A stretch of DNA of 64,000 nt from the NCBI RefSeq assembly GCF_009914755.1, contig NC_060931.1; one strand, 5' to 3'. Below the pieces are notes generated by a model. The model saw nothing but the letters and a program-made list of their open reading frames with translations. It did not search any database and had not been told where the DNA came from. The translations under genes were made by a program, and so were the position numbers. Shown here one piece after another: positions 1-19,027 of the stretch (position 1 is its first letter; each line of letters opens with the position of its first letter). The stretch is from the human T2T-CHM13v2.0 reference genome, Homo sapiens.

Positions 1-2075
<2,075 letters not shown>

Positions 2076-2109
2076 AGAATAGTCATAATACAAATTAGAT
2101 ATAGAGATG

Positions 2110-3760
2110 AAAAAGAAATGCACAGGCTGTCATGGAGATTGAGAGGTGGACAGGTAAGCAAGCCTAGGATTCATGAATCTTAAAGTATATGGGTTAGCTA
2201 AAGCTATAGAGGCGGGTAGAGGGTAATGGGTGGGGGGAAGAAATGAATTCCAGGTAGAGGGTTCGGAAAGCACATCTTATTATTGTTACTTGTTACTACA
2301 AATATCAAGTGAGGTTTGCATGATGCAGCAAAAGTGAGGTCCAAATTTTTGAGAATCTGTGTTAAAAAGCTTGGGCATTATCTTGTATGACAGAGAGATA
2401 CTGACAGGTTTCACCCATATCGATGACATTGTAATATTTGTGTTTTAGGTAAATTACTCTTGAATGGGTGAGGAGATGGTTTTAGGAGAGACAAAACTGG
2501 AGGAAGGGAAGCCAGATTTAATCTTCCATGTGAAAGATGAGCAAGACTTTGGATTAAGTCAGTGGTAGCAAGGGATCTATTTGAGATGTAAGTTTGAAAA
2601 ATAAATTTACAGGAGCTAGTGATGCTTAGCTTTGGGTGATGAAGCAGAGAGGAGTTAAACAAAAAGTGCCAGGCTTAAGCCTGTAAAACTGGGTGGATTG
2701 TAGAGTCACCAATTAAGACAGTGAAATGCAGGAAGAGGGTCAGGCAGAAGATATAGTGAGTTTGGTTTGGGGCACATTGTCTTTGGTATAGTCAAATGGT
2801 GATAGTCAACAGAAATTGACCATATGAGTCTGATCTTGTCGGCAGAGATTTGGGGTGGAAACAGTTGAGGAATTATTATCATCTGTGGTAGGTGCTATTA
2901 TTACAGTGACTGAGTCATGGTGCATGGGGGAATAATGGGTTGTAGACGGATTACTGGGGTATCTAGGTTCATTGAAGAATGGGAAACCCACAGAAGACAC
3001 AGAACAGGAATAATCAGATGTATAATGAGAACCAATGGTATGTGGTATCAGAGAAACAGACACAATTTCAGAAAAATGTTAAACATTGTGCAGTGCTGTG
3101 TAGAGGTCTTATGAGATAAGGGTTGAAAAATGTCCACTAAATTAGGGAATGGAGACAACTGGTGACTTTTGCAAGAAGCGATTTGATAGAATGATCTTGA
3201 CAGAAGCCGTGACACATTGGGTGTAGAAGTAAATGTTGGATTGGGACTTGAGGCAGCAAGTAGGGAATCCTTTTTCATGTATTGTGGATGATAAAGGGAG
3301 AAGATTAAGAGGTAGCTACAGATGGAGTTTTTTGGGGGGTTGAGATGGTAGAATTTAGCAGATTTCTAGGTTATGGGAGAGGAGGCTATTGAGAGGGAGG
3401 TGTTGAAGATAGAGGAGGGAGTATGACCAATGCATAGGTCCCCAGTGAGTCCGAAGTCTGGAATAAAGAGATAAGTAGAGGATGGACCTTGCACGGGTCT
3501 ACAGACCCATTTCTTTCCTGAAGGAAGGGAATGAAGATGGTTGTACTTTTAGAGCATGTGTGGGTCATATGTGTTAGACAGTCCAGTGATTACACAGCTG
3601 GTTTCAGCCATCTGGAGGAAGAAGGAAGCAGTGATAACTCTTGAAAATGAATGTGGTGAGACACAAAGAGAGTAGTAAGAGATTGTACTGGTTTCTGAAT
3701 TGCTAGAATTAAAAACAACAGCAACAAAAGCAACCAAAGAATTGTTCTAGGGATTGTGTC
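2110..3760 (-). mobile_element. Degraded L2 (LINE-2)
   Basis: Long purine-rich stretch with antisense-L2-like motifs (e.g. gtgagtttggtttggggcacattg, gcagagatttggg, ggtgacttttgcaagaagc). Confidence 0.65.
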
Positions 3761-3900
3761 TTAGTCTGCAGTGACAAAAATGTGGAGGTTGTGCAGAAAT
3801 AATCTATGAATTGTCGAAGACCTGAACTTTATTCTTTGACTTTGGTGACTTTGTCTATAGTTGCTGAGACACGGGCAGGATGAGAATATTTTCTTTATAG

Positions 3901-4053
3901 CAGTGGTTTTGAGACTTGACTGCTCACAGGTGTTACTTGTCGAACTTAAAAAAAAATAATGATGCCGAAGTCACTCTCAGAAATTCTGCATCATCAATAT
4001 TTTTAAAATCTCCCCAGGTGATTTGACTATGTAGCCATGATTAAGAACCACTG
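3901..4053. mobile_element. MER5B-like hAT-Charlie MITE
   Basis: Terminal inverted repeats CAGTGGTT...AACCACTG; internal ctccccaggtgatt motif. Confidence 0.75.
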
Positions 4054-4059
4054 CTGCAG

Positions 4060-4895
4060 ACCTGTGGTTAGCAAATGGGTTTTTTTAATAGAAGACCAGA
4101 TAGTAAATATTTTAGGCTTCGTGGTCTATACAGTCCCTGTTGCAACTACTTAATTCACACTGCAAAAGGAACATAGATAATAGATAAATAAATATGCCCA
4201 TCTTCCAATAAAATTTTTCTTTGAAATTTTATTATGACTTAATTGACAAACATAAATTATATAGATTTATATTGTGCAACATGATGTTATGAAATATGTA
4301 TACATTGTAGAATGGCCAAGTCAAGTTAATTAACCTATGCATTACCTCACATGCAGTGTTAACTATCGTCACCATGTTGTGCAATAGATCTCTTGATCTT
4401 ATTCCTTCTAACTAAAATTTTGTATCTTTTGACCAGCATCTCCCCAGTGCTTCCTCTGCTTCCTCCACCAGTCCCTGGTAACCACCATTCTATCCTGTGC
4501 TTCTATGAGTTTGACTTTTTCACATTTATATATAAGTGAGGTGATGCAGTAATTTCTATTTTATTTTTTATGCCTGGCTTATTTTAATTAACACACTGTC
4601 CTCCAGATTCATCCTTGCTATTGCACATAACAGGAGTTCCTTCTTTTTAAGGCTGAATAATATTCCATTGTTTATACATACAACACATTTTCTTTATGGA
4701 CACTTAAGTTGATTCCATATCTTGGCTATTTTGAATAATGTAAGAAAGCTTTTATTTATGGACACAAATTTGAATTCCTTATAATTTTTAAATGTTGTGA
4801 AATATTATTATTGTTTTAATTTTACTCCCAACCATTAGAAAATGCACAAACCATTTTTATCTCATAGGCCAGGTAGGCACAGGGTGCAGTTTGCT
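4060..4895. mobile_element. MER58(B)-like hAT element split by an L1MA insertion
   Basis: ccagatagtaaatattttaggctt...gttgcaactact (4097-4150) and tttatttatggacac...aaaccatt (4750-4860) are MER58 motifs. Confidence 0.7.
4218..4740 (-). mobile_element. L1MA 3' end inserted in MER58
   Basis: ttaattgacaaa...aacatgatg...attacctcacat...ctggtaaccaccattct...taagtgag...ttaaggctgaataatattccattg are antisense L1MA 3' UTR motifs. Confidence 0.8.
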
Positions 4896-4904
4896 CTGGA
4901 TCCT

Positions 4905-5390
<486 letters not shown>

Positions 5391-5984
5391 TATCTGCTTT
5401 AAGCCATATTCCCCCATTCCCACTCAGCTCAGAAAATGTGGGAGCCTCATCATTTCTTCTGTTGTCTCAGGGACCTTTTAATGGAAGCATGAGAGCATTG
5501 AAGGAAAACTATGGCAACAGGCTGTCATCCAGGTGTTCTGAGTTGCTTAACAATTTGGGTAGTCTTGCTTTTGGTTCTAGAAATCCAAGTGGGAAGTTAT
5601 CATTCTCCTAAAAAAATGAAGAGTTTAATTTATATTCTAGCAACTATAGACTGTTATTTTTACAGAATGGGCATACTAAGGTTCTTACAGGGAGAACCAA
5701 ACTTTCCTTTAAGAGACACCTTGAATTTATTCAACAGCCTCTATAAGGACTTTTTTGAGACTTCTGAGAACTAAAGCCAAGAGAATGTAAGAGATAGTTT
5801 TAGCTTTGCTCTCTGATAGGATACCATAGAAGAATATTAAATATATAACAACTAGCATGGACACTCAGAGTGAGACTGTTAGTGAAAGAAGTGTCCCCCA
5901 TTTTTTGCATTTTTGAGGTTCAGAAAGTGAATTATTTAGGAAATAAGATGACTTCTGTTAGATAAATTGGAAGAAAGTGGAATT

Positions 5985-6125
5985 TGAAATGCCTTAATAC
6001 AACTCTGACATGGGGAAGTCAAATTTTTTTTGAACCTTAGTTTTATCATCTATAAAATGCAGATAATGTTTTTATACCAATTTTTCCGAGAATTATTATG
6101 AATATTAAATGTATGATAATTTGCC
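5985..6125 (+). mobile_element. MIR fragment
   Basis: tgaaccttagttttatcatctataaaatgcagataat matches the MIR core. Confidence 0.6.
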
Positions 6126-6879
6126 CTGAAAAGTACTCATTGATGTTCAGAAGTAGAATAAGCCGTGCTTCTGTGTGTTTAAAAGAGCTTGACTAAGACT
6201 GTGCATTTGTAGGCTGACGAAACAACCTTTAGGACTGTCTAAAACAGTCCTCAGGTTGAACTAAAAGTACTTATCCTGTAAGAAAAAAACAATTTCCTTC
6301 TAGCTTCACTTATTACATTTTTGCCGATTTACTTCCCATTTGACTCTGGTAAGAGTAAGATTAATAATGGGACTGCAGCAAGAGTAAAATGTTAATCCCC
6401 CAGGATGTGGAGAGAAACCACATGCATACAAATGTGTTTAACATTGATTTCCCACGTTATTTATTTTGGCTAATTTCCTTTAAATTCACATATATGTGTG
6501 GATTCAGGCACCTGTTGAAGAGAGTATTAAGCATTTACTTATTTTGTTTATTCATCTTTTTTTATTACCTCATTCTCCCTCTTTTGTAAAATACAAACCA
6601 TCACTTCTTTCTTTAAGCAGTAACTGGACAAAGCAAGACAAAAAAGATCATGGGCTCTTAAACTTTTATGCTATCTTATATGACCATGAGGGAATGACCC
6701 CCTTCTGAATTCCTACATTCCATTTCAACAAGTTTGATTTTATAGAAAATGTAAAATATGAATACTATACTGGTCTTTAAAAATAATATATATCGGATAG
6801 ACCTTACCACCAGAGTCATTAATGTCATGCCACTTTTAAGAGTTGAAAACTCTGATGATAGATTACTGAAATGGTTAAA

Positions 6880-7265
6880 AATGCATGCAGAGTGGTCCTT
6901 TCCAGCGATATCTCCCAGGACACTTCTGTGATGCGTACATTATGCTCCAGCCAAAGCAGACTGTATCTCAAAGGAGCATGCATTTTTCTGTGGTTGGAAC
7001 TTTGCTTATAATATTCTCTATATTTAGAAAGCCCTCTAGCCACCTTTTACTGACAAAATTCCATCCATCCTTTAAAGCTCAGCTCTCAAGCCTCTTCATT
7101 CACATATCCTTCCTGATCCTGCCAACTGGATGTGATATTTATCTCCTTTGAGCCCTCAAAGCACTTTGTATTTACCTCTCTTATGGCACTTAGCTTATTT
7201 TGCCTTATGTTTTAGTTATTTGTGACTTCGACTTCTGGACAGCAGGGAGTTTATTCTTGAAACTC
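6880..7265 (+). mobile_element. L2 3' fragment
   Basis: catcctttaaagctcagctc...cacttt...tatttacctctcttatggcactt. Confidence 0.6.
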
Positions 7266-7579
7266 TTGAAAGTTAATGCTCCTATTTCCTCACAAAGATC
7301 ATTGTGGAGGAGAGCAAAGACAGACTGGTTAGAAAAGGGACATTATATCCAGTCTAAGTTGCTTTTGTCTTTTGGATAGTATTCATCAAAGGGGAATCTA
7401 TTATATTTAATAAGGGGATTGTACCTATGTTTGAATACGTAATACAATATGTTAAGTAGGTGAATGAAAATGTATATAGAGACTGCAGAGAAATCCATGA
7501 GGTAATGAGGAGGAGAAAGAGCTTGCTGGTATTCTTGTGATCAGGAAGATGAGGTGACTTGCAAGCTGTTTTGGACAGT

Positions 7580-8375
<796 letters not shown>

Positions 8376-9114
8376 CTCATCCTAGTACATTCTAATCAAG
8401 TGTAGCTGAAGACTTGGCAAAGAATAAATTAGTCCTGTTATAAGGCCCAATCTTTTTATTAGTGATATCATAATCACAACAGCTATAGGTAAAATAACCA
8501 CAGAGTAATGAGAGTGAGAAAGATATAATTTATTTAGCATGATTTTGGAGAAGAATTTTTGGAGGGGTCTGGAGGGGATTTGTGCAGTGAACAAAGGATT
8601 GAATTATAAGAAGGATGACCTTGGGGCATAGATAAAAGTGATTGTATTGAGCCTTCATGCTTGAAAATTGAATGTGTACTACATACTTCTCATATCTCCT
8701 GTTGACTTTGTCCATAATCAGTATAAATAAAATCAACATGTTTTATAACTCCACTGCACACATCTGACATGTCTGATTGCTGTTTCACTGCCACTGCAAT
8801 GTGGAAAGTGAATCTAGAAGGAGTATAATAGATGAATATACATTATCACCCTGCTGCATTAGTGAAGAGGTTTGCAAAGGACTGATTTTGATGCATCAGT
8901 CAGGAAATTTTTTTAAAAAACAAAATTTAACTTGTGGCAGGATGGTATTTATACTAATTTCTTATTAGAAAATAATTATTTTACCATTTGAAGGTAGATT
9001 TTGATTTAACCCTAAGGGAAGAAAAGCCAAGGAAAAAAAATGTTGGAAGGAAAGAAATTAAAAAATCTAAACCCTGAGAGGATTTAAGGTATTAAAAAAT
9101 ATATGAGGAAGAAA

Positions 9115-9440
9115 TTAAGACTCTTAGGTGATAAGTGACAAAAAACCTAACCCAAATTGGCTTCAGCCAAAAAGAGAATTTATTGTTTTATGTAACTAGG
9201 AGGTCCAGGCATAGAACTACTCTCAAACCAGCTTGATTCATGGTTCAATGTCACTAGGATCATTTTCAGACCCAGCTTCTAATAGGGTAGGGTGGTCACC
9301 AGGAGATTGAGAGTTTCCTCACCACAATAAAAGATACAACAGGAAAGAGAATTCGTACCAAAATTTAGGAATTGTTTCTCCTTGGGTCTTATTAGCCTGA
9401 TTTGGTTCATGTGTCCGTCTCCAAACAAAGGACTGGATAA
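9115..9440 (-). mobile_element. Old MLT1 (MaLR) LTR fragment
   Basis: aagtgacaaaaaacctaacccaaattggcttcagccaaaaagagaatttattg...gtaact pattern. Confidence 0.55.
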
Positions 9441-9459
9441 TGAAATGAGCATATTAGCT

Positions 9460-10005
<546 letters not shown>

Positions 10006-10192
10006 TATTAGTCTATTTTCCATTGCTATAAAGGAATAAGTGAGGCTAGATATTATATAAAGAAAAGAGGTTTATTTGGATTATGGTTCTCCAAGCTGTA
10101 CAAGAAGCATGGCAACAGCATCTGCTTCTGGTGAGGGAAGCTTACAGTCCTGGCTGAAGGCAAAGGAGGAGCAGGCAGGTCACATAGCGAGA
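10006..10192 (-). mobile_element. MSTB-like MaLR LTR fragment, followed directly by a short L1 3' fragment (about 10193-10295)
   Basis: tattagtct...ttgctataaaggaata...aagaaaagaggtttattt...aagcatggcaacagcatctgcttctggtgagg. Confidence 0.8.
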
Positions 10193-13100
10193 ACATAGAA
10201 GTGCATGTATCCTTTTAATATAATGATTTCTTTCCCTTGGGGTAGATACTCATTAATGGCTTTGCTGGATTGAGTGACAGTTCTATTTTTAGTTAAGAGG
10301 CGATATACTCTTCATGAAGCATATATCTTCATGAGAGCCAACTTCTATCTCCATCTTGGCATCATTTATTAATGTGTCTCCTGTGACGAGGACTTCTGTG
10401 ACAGGAGCAGTGCATAAACTGCTCCTCTAACTGGCATTTGGTGAGAATCTAACCACCTACCAGAGTATTTCTATTGACTTTTTGCTGATGTGTTGGATTT
10501 CTGTGCTTATGCATTTTGCTTACTTTGTACCTTACTTAAGTAATGAGAACCTACTTTCAGGGTCCTTCGATAGTCATAGCTCATCTCAGGCCAGTCGCCA
10601 GAGATAAAGAATATGAGCCTGTACCCTAAAGGAGTGATGGAGATGTAGGTGGGGAAAAGATTTTTGCACCCTTACTTGAATGGTTTTGAACAAGGCCAGA
10701 TGGAACTTTCCAATCCGTATAATCATCAAGAAGGCATCCCAATACAACCCTTGGAAGTTGCTAAAATGCTTTTGTTTTATATCCTTTCATCTTCATGTTA
10801 CTCTTTAGCTGTAATTTACTCCTTTTTTGTCAATCATGAATTGTTCTTAACTTTTGAGATTAAGGAAGGATAACTGGTTTGATTCTTTTTTTCTTGTGGA
10901 ATAGCCTGTATCTCATAAAGCCTCAGATATATTTATAAAAATTATAGTGTCTGGCCTTAAGAAGGAATATTTACTGTCATTACAAGCTGACCAAAAATTT
11001 CCTTGGGCTCTTATTACACCAAACCTGAGAAATAATTATATGACAATATAAGTTACAGTAGTACCTTGTGCAATTACCTTAGACTTTAAGAGGTCTGCTA
11101 TACACTAGGTCCAATAGGGCTATCTTGAAATGATTCAGAGAAGGGCTCTGCCCTCTGTGTGCTCTACAACTCTGTTAAGTAGAAGTGTCAGGCTCTGTGG
11201 ACTGGACAAGGAAACATGGAAGTGGAATAGCATGTTAAGAGGCTACTAATTTATTTACGTAGGCAAGACACTGTTAGGGCCCAAGCAGAGAATACTCTGT
11301 TAAACTGTGAGCATTCAGGAAAGGTAGGTTAAGGACTCTGTATTCTCTGAGGTTTGCCCTTCCAACTTTGCAGTCTGGGAACTGACCATTCATTTAATCT
11401 GAAGAGTGATTAAGCCCTAGGGAAAATGCACTCACAATGACCAAATTCTGGTTTTAGTTAGAAACTAGTTTAATAATCTAAAATAGGAAATACCTCTTCC
11501 TAGAAGGGAAGTTTACATAAGACCAGAAATAACAAGAGCTATAAATCAAGACAAGAAAACAACTTGGTGAATATTTAGTATTTGAACAAAGAAGGATCCC
11601 CAAGGAAAAGCCTTTTCCAATTTTTGGATAGTCTTGTTTAGATAGGGGTCCTCTCCTCTTGACCATGATTCTGTTTCTTTCTTTCTGATACTTTTCAAAA
11701 TGCTCCAAATTTCTCTCTTAATATTTTGGGTTTCAACAACTTTTTTGTTTTTTTGCACCAAACATTCCAGATTGTTTCATTAAAACACATTTATTAAACA
11801 CGCATAACAATAATAGCCAATATTTATTGAGCGTTTATGTGCCAGGTACTATTCTAAATGTCTTTACCCCTTATATACACTTGGTAAAATAGGTATTTTT
11901 ATCCCTTTTTTTTTTCAAATGAATGAGACACATGGAAACTAGATATCTTACCAAAGGTAACACAATTAGGAAAGGACGTTCTAGAACGTGTGCTATTAAG
12001 CATTCTGTAATTCTGTCCCCGTCTTTCTTTTGAGTTGCTGGAGACATTAAAGATGATTTGATAGAATCTATTTTCATTGTCAAGATGAGTGAACAGGGAA
12101 AGTTATCCAAACTTAGTTTATGGCTGACATAAAAATCAAGCTGTCTTCTCTTACTGTGCTATCTGACATCCTATGGCCTGGAAAACAACTGCCTCAATTA
12201 AGAAAGTCAACTTACGTTATAAGAGGAAAAGATTTTCTTTTTCTTTTCATAAACTTCTATGGGGGAAAATTTATTATTAGAAAAATAAATCCCCTTAACA
12301 ATATGCAATACAAAGTCAGTGAAATTTCCAGATACTGTTTATTGGTACCTGTTTTTTTTTTCTGTTCTTTCTTAAAAATCCACTTTTAAAAATACATCTA
12401 GGTTTTCTCTTTTTGGCTTAAATGTGTTGGAATGGGAATCCATGTATGTATTTTAATAAGAGCTATATTAAATGGTTCTGGAAATCAAATGTCTGTCTCT
12501 CTCTCAGCTTTTAGAAAGTCCGCTCTCATTGCTTCATCCTGATCGGGTAGGATTCATCCTTTTTAGGGTGAGAGGAAGTTCAATCTCCAAAAAGCTTAAG
12601 TTTCTGGACTCTCCAGAGCAAGCACTGCCAACTTTCTGATTTATGTGTGGTTTTAGTGATGAGGACTACTGTCTTCCATGTATTTAGGTGAGAACACAAG
12701 AGACTTTTTACTGGAAACCTCGTGTTGCACTTCACTTAATTTCCAATAGGTTAGAGGCAGCCCACGGCATGATTATGTGCACAGGGGCATTGTCTGGTCT
12801 CAATATCTGTGTTACTTACTTCATTTTAAACTGTACCCTTATTCCTCATGTCCTATCTTTATTCTTATATTTATTTTTCCATTTTCCTTGTTTTGCCTTT
12901 GGGGAGTAGTTGACTGTAAACTATATGTTAAACACATTTTTGCTGTCATTTTCCATGATTTTATTAGGTTTTGTACAAAAATGCAAGTGCTTTTGTTGCT
13001 TACATGGCACAAAAATAAAGAAGTAGGTAAGCTTAGCAACATTACAATCTGTCAATAAATAGAGAGTTCCATGCAAGCTTTATTCACAGATACATAACAT

Positions 13101-14209
13101 AAGACTTGTCATGAAGAATGAAAGCTGAGTAGTATTTTATCCAAAACACATTTGATTAGGGTACAATTTATCTCACTGTATTAAAAACAGTGGTAACACT
13201 TGCAGGGACACTGAATTTGCTAGAGGGACTGTAAGCCTAAAGGGGCAGGGGAGGAACATTTGTAAAACGGGAATAACGGGAATAAGAACTATCTTTTTAA
13301 CTCTCAGTATGTTGGGTAAAAAGAGAAAAGTTACAACAGACATAAAATGGGAGGGGCCATTTGAAAATTCAGGAGAATGTTCACATAACCCAAACCTGTC
13401 AATGTGACTTGAACACAGGATAGAGTAATTAAAACTTTGAGTTTCTGAGGCTGCCATATCTCTGCTTTCCATGTGATTAGATGATTCACAACTTCTGTCT
13501 ACTCAATTTCTTCATAGTAGAATGGAACTAATTTCATGCAGTTTGATGGCAAGCATGTTTTCATGTTTTCTTTGTCTATATGGCAAACAGGTTGAGTTTA
13601 CAGTGCAAACATGCCCTTTTAATCTCTTTGAGGATTAGTTTTGGAAGCAGCATCTGCTTCTGGGATTCTTTTTGACTGGCTTGCTGGCTGATGCAATGTA
13701 ATCAATCTAGATGAAATTGTGCATTACATTCTTGGGCATTTGTATTCTTTGGTGGGTTTCCTTTTCCACGCTGTAGCCATATAGGAAAAGGAGATAAGGA
13801 AGGGATCAGGAAAAGGAACACACTGGCTACACTAAGGCACTGAATGTGAAGATGACTGGTACAGGTCACTTAGGAATGGAAGGAGATGGATGAGCACTGC
13901 AATGTGCAGGAAAAGGGCCTCTGCCAGGACCTCAGGAAACTCCACTTCTGGGTGACTTTGAGCAAGTTGCCCAGTTTTGCTGGGCTTCAGTTTCCTCATC
14001 AGAGAGAAAAAAAATTAGAGCCGATGAAGTTTCTTACAGTTGCTATTGCACAATTCTAAGCAAAAGATGGAAGATGATATTGGTTTTACTTGTTAGGCAA
14101 GGCTCCTGACATCTTGTAGGTGTTGGTACCGAGACAATGACATTCTCTAGTCTTTATTTGTCTTCCTTGGTCTGAGGAAGACATACTTTCAGAGAAGGAT
14201 CCACTTGAC

Positions 14210-14504
14210 TTTTTTTTTTTTTTGAGGTGGAGTCTCACTCTGTCACCCAGGCTGGAGTGCAGTGGCACGATCTCGGCTAACTGCAACCTCTGCCTCCTGG
14301 GTTAAGCGATTCTCCTGCCTCAGCCTCCCTAGCAGCTGGGATTACAGGCATGTGCCACCACACCCAGGTGATTTTTGTATTTTTAGTAGAGACAGGGTTT
14401 TACCATGTTGGCCAGGCTGGTCTCGAACCCCTGACCTCAAGTGATCTGCCCACCATGGTCTCCCAAAGTGCTGGGTTTACAGGCATGAGCCACCATGCTC
14501 AGAC
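14210..14504 (-). mobile_element. AluS, full length
   Basis: Antisense Alu; TSD TCCACTTGA at 14200 and 14505. Confidence 0.97.
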
Positions 14505-15296
14505 TCCACTTGAATTTGTTGCTATCTCTTTGCCCCTAGAGGAGATTTTGATCCATATTTTGATAGCATAACTTCTCGTAGAGAAAAATGCTTCTCAGGT
14601 CAACAAAGCCTGTTCAGTATGATTCCATTCTCTGACAGGTTCTTAATGTTTACAGAGAGATGTGCCCTAGCAGTGCTGGGAATAGTGGTTTCTATTCCTA
14701 ATTCTGGTGTCTTTATAGAATTAGCTGGGCTTTAGGTTGAAACACAATACCAAAGCTCTCTGGTATGCTGAGCCAGGGAATGTTTTTCAATTTTTAGGCC
14801 TCTTTATTACCTGAAACCCAAACCTAAACCTTATGACTACTCTGTAAGCTGCATAGCAAATCAAAGAGATGAGAGCCTCACCTGGCAGATACCCCTCAAC
14901 AGCAGAAGTGTTTAAATAGCCAGGCCTTCTCCTGAGCTGTTTTGGCAAGGCTAAAGTGTCAGTATACTCATGGCTGGAAGAAGTAAGAGAGACCCAATCA
15001 CATGTATACAGTGACCTTATCCCTAGGAAATTCAGTGTTTTATGCTCTTTTAAAGTGATGTAGTATATGTATTATAGGATATGTTATATAAATATCGACC
15101 ACAGTTTCTCCATTTGTATAATGGGGATAATGTCTTTTCTTTTTCTTTTTCTTTACCGCTAAGATAATGTTTCCTTCTTTAAAATTAGCATTTGAACATG
15201 TTTTAATTATTACAAAGCACATTTACTTTGCTTCTTATAATATCAGCTACTTAGTATAGAAAATATTTTACAAAATTAATGTTTTTAACAATGAGG

Positions 15297-16376
<1,080 letters not shown>

Positions 16377-18712
16377 TTAGGCAAGGAAATTGATTTATTT
16401 AGGTTAACTAGAGAGTTAACCTGATTAGGGTTTGTTCAATTGTGAGTTAATGTACACTATTCTCTTTATTCAAAAAGTTGTAATTTAATCATAAGAATGT
16501 ATCTCAGGGATAAGTATTCCAAAAATCTGTCCTAGACTTTTGAGAAGTTTTTAAAAGAGTAAATAATATTGCAAAGTATACTGGTTTTTTAGGTGCTCAT
16601 TCATATTCAATGACAGCTGAGAGAATTCTGAATTTTTACAATGATCATTTGGCATGGGACTAGAAACAAAGGATCCCTCAGCTATTTTTGCTAAGCTTTA
16701 AATTATACATATGGACAGAAAACTGGGAAATATGATGATAGTCTAGGTTCTTGGTTGAAAACAAGTTTCGAAATAAAGTCTACCTTACAAAAATAAAAAC
16801 TTAAATACATTTTTTTGTCAAAAAAGATAAAAAAAAGAACAAAGAGCTTGAAGGCCTTCTTTGAAGACTACAACAAAGAAAACAAAATATGAATGAATAT
16901 AAGAATTCAAATGCACAAACGTACACAAAAATGCTTGCAATTCACCTTATTGTCATCAGATAAATTTTGCCGTTCACGTATCTTTGTTGATTCAAGGAAA
17001 ATTTTACCCTGATTGGCTCTATGAATAGAAATATAATAAATGTAGCCGTGTGATATTCCAAAAGCTGGATGAAATGGCTTTTAGTATTTAAGCATAATTC
17101 CAGATATTTTGTTTTAATAAAACAATGAAAGTTAGCATTTGTCAGGATATTATCTGAAATTAATGTAAATATTCAATTATTTATATATCTTTAAAGTTGA
17201 TGAAAATATAAAATATTATATTAAAACTGGCAAAAATTAAAAAAAAGAAGTACGTCATCATTTATGGTCCTCTTTAAGTCTTAAGAAGATAGAAATAGTA
17301 AGCTTCAGTACTAAGAAGAAGATCATGCCAAAAAAAAGAGTATTGTTCTGTTCAGTGTTAAGTATTGAAGAATGAACAGCATTGACAATAACTTTGTTTT
17401 TGATCTTCCCTCGTTCTATTTTGGCACTCCTCTGCAAAAGGATTTGGCAGATCTGAGCTTTTAGAAAGCTTTTCTTAGGAATGAATTAAGAGTCCCCCCC
17501 TCCCCCAATTTACGAATTGGCAACATAGACTAGAAGAAAATTTTCATTTATATTTCCTCTAAACGAGACTATCTTAGCTTAAAACAGGACATATTCTCTG
17601 AAATAAGAGCCATCCAATTCATTCCCTAGTGATGCTGGAATAGTTTTCTATTACCATAAACTACCTTACCCCTGAGTTCAGACGTTTTCTTTAGTTCTAT
17701 TTTACCTATTTTCTTTGAAAGGATATTAATGGTTTATTGATTTCGATGCCGCCAAGCTTCTCCAAGTCATTCAGATTAAATGTACTTTTCTGTAGTCTTT
17801 TGGTAGTCATTATGTAAAAAAATTTGGAAGGCAAATTGAAGATGATACCTTTTTTATTTAAAAGACAGTATTGCTAGAGCATTTCTTAAACTTGAAAGCA
17901 ACATTAATTACAGTTACCTCCTTTTGTTTAAATGACAGATGCTCTTGGTTAATGTATAATGCATATATGTGCATATTCTATTTATCATATATATTGGAGC
18001 TACTATTGAGAAAATATTCTTTAGTTACTTTTCTAGAGATACTCATCTATATTACTAGTAATTTAGGAAACCTAGTCCTTATCATTTGAACACTTTTGTT
18101 CCTGAAACCATGTTAAAAACTGACTTCTGCAAACCGAAGGATTGACTTGATTATTTTTATCCCATCCTAGTATGCCTCCCGCTTTCTGCTTACTTAGATG
18201 GTGACCTCGTGGAACTCCTCATGAAGTCCTAATTTTCCAAGTCAATACCCAACTGTCTAAGAATATTTTTCAGCCATTTTCTTTTTCACAGTTTACCTGG
18301 GTTATAGTTTATTACCAAAGCAATTTTTCCCACAGTTGCATCATTGTGGAGGGAATCTCAGATTTATAGAATTTTTAAAAACTTTTTTTCTTTTCTAATT
18401 ACAACTTCCATTGAACCCATACTATTAAAATAACATTTATGAGCTTTTTCTAATTACGAAATGGAAGCATTCTCATTGTTGGAAATTTGGAGAGCTCAGG
18501 AAAATACCAAAATGACAGGGAAACACAAAACAAACAGAAGCAAAATGAAGTCATTTGCCCAAAGATAAGTAGTGTGGGCCCTTCAAATAGTTATTCCATT
18601 CACCTTTAACCATTTATGTTAATAATACCTCAGTGATTTGAACTTATTTTATGAACAGATACACAAAGGCCTACATGGTTTTGGCCTTTATTTTCTGTTC
18701 TCTCTCTCTCTG

Positions 18713-19022
18713 CTTTTTGTTTCTTTTGTTTGTTTTTTTGAGACAGCATCTTGCTGTGTCGCCTGGGCTGGAAGCTGTGGTGCAGTCATGGCTCACTTGC
18801 AGCTTCTACCTCCCAGGCTCAAGTGATCCTCCCACCCTAGCCTCCTGAGTAGCTGGAACTGTAGGCGCAAGCCACTGCACCTGGCCAAGTTTTGTATTTT
18901 TTGTTGAGCTGGGGTTTTACCATGATGCCCAGGCTGGTCTCAAACTTATGAACTCAAGCTATCTGCCCACCTTGGCCTCTCCAAAGTGCTGGGATTACAG
19001 GTGTGAGCCATCATGCTGAGCT
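18713..19022 (-). mobile_element. AluJ-like
   Basis: Diverged antisense dimer with gggctcaagtgatcctccc-type J motifs. Confidence 0.92.
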
Positions 19023-19027
19023 GTCTC

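Noticed and set aside
6223-6258. Short hairpins (AGGACTGT/ACAGTCCT here; 9-bp stems at 10403-10426 and 16401-16422)
   Set aside because: A few 8-9 bp stems with short loops are expected by chance in 64 kb, and they are too short for pre-miRNA.
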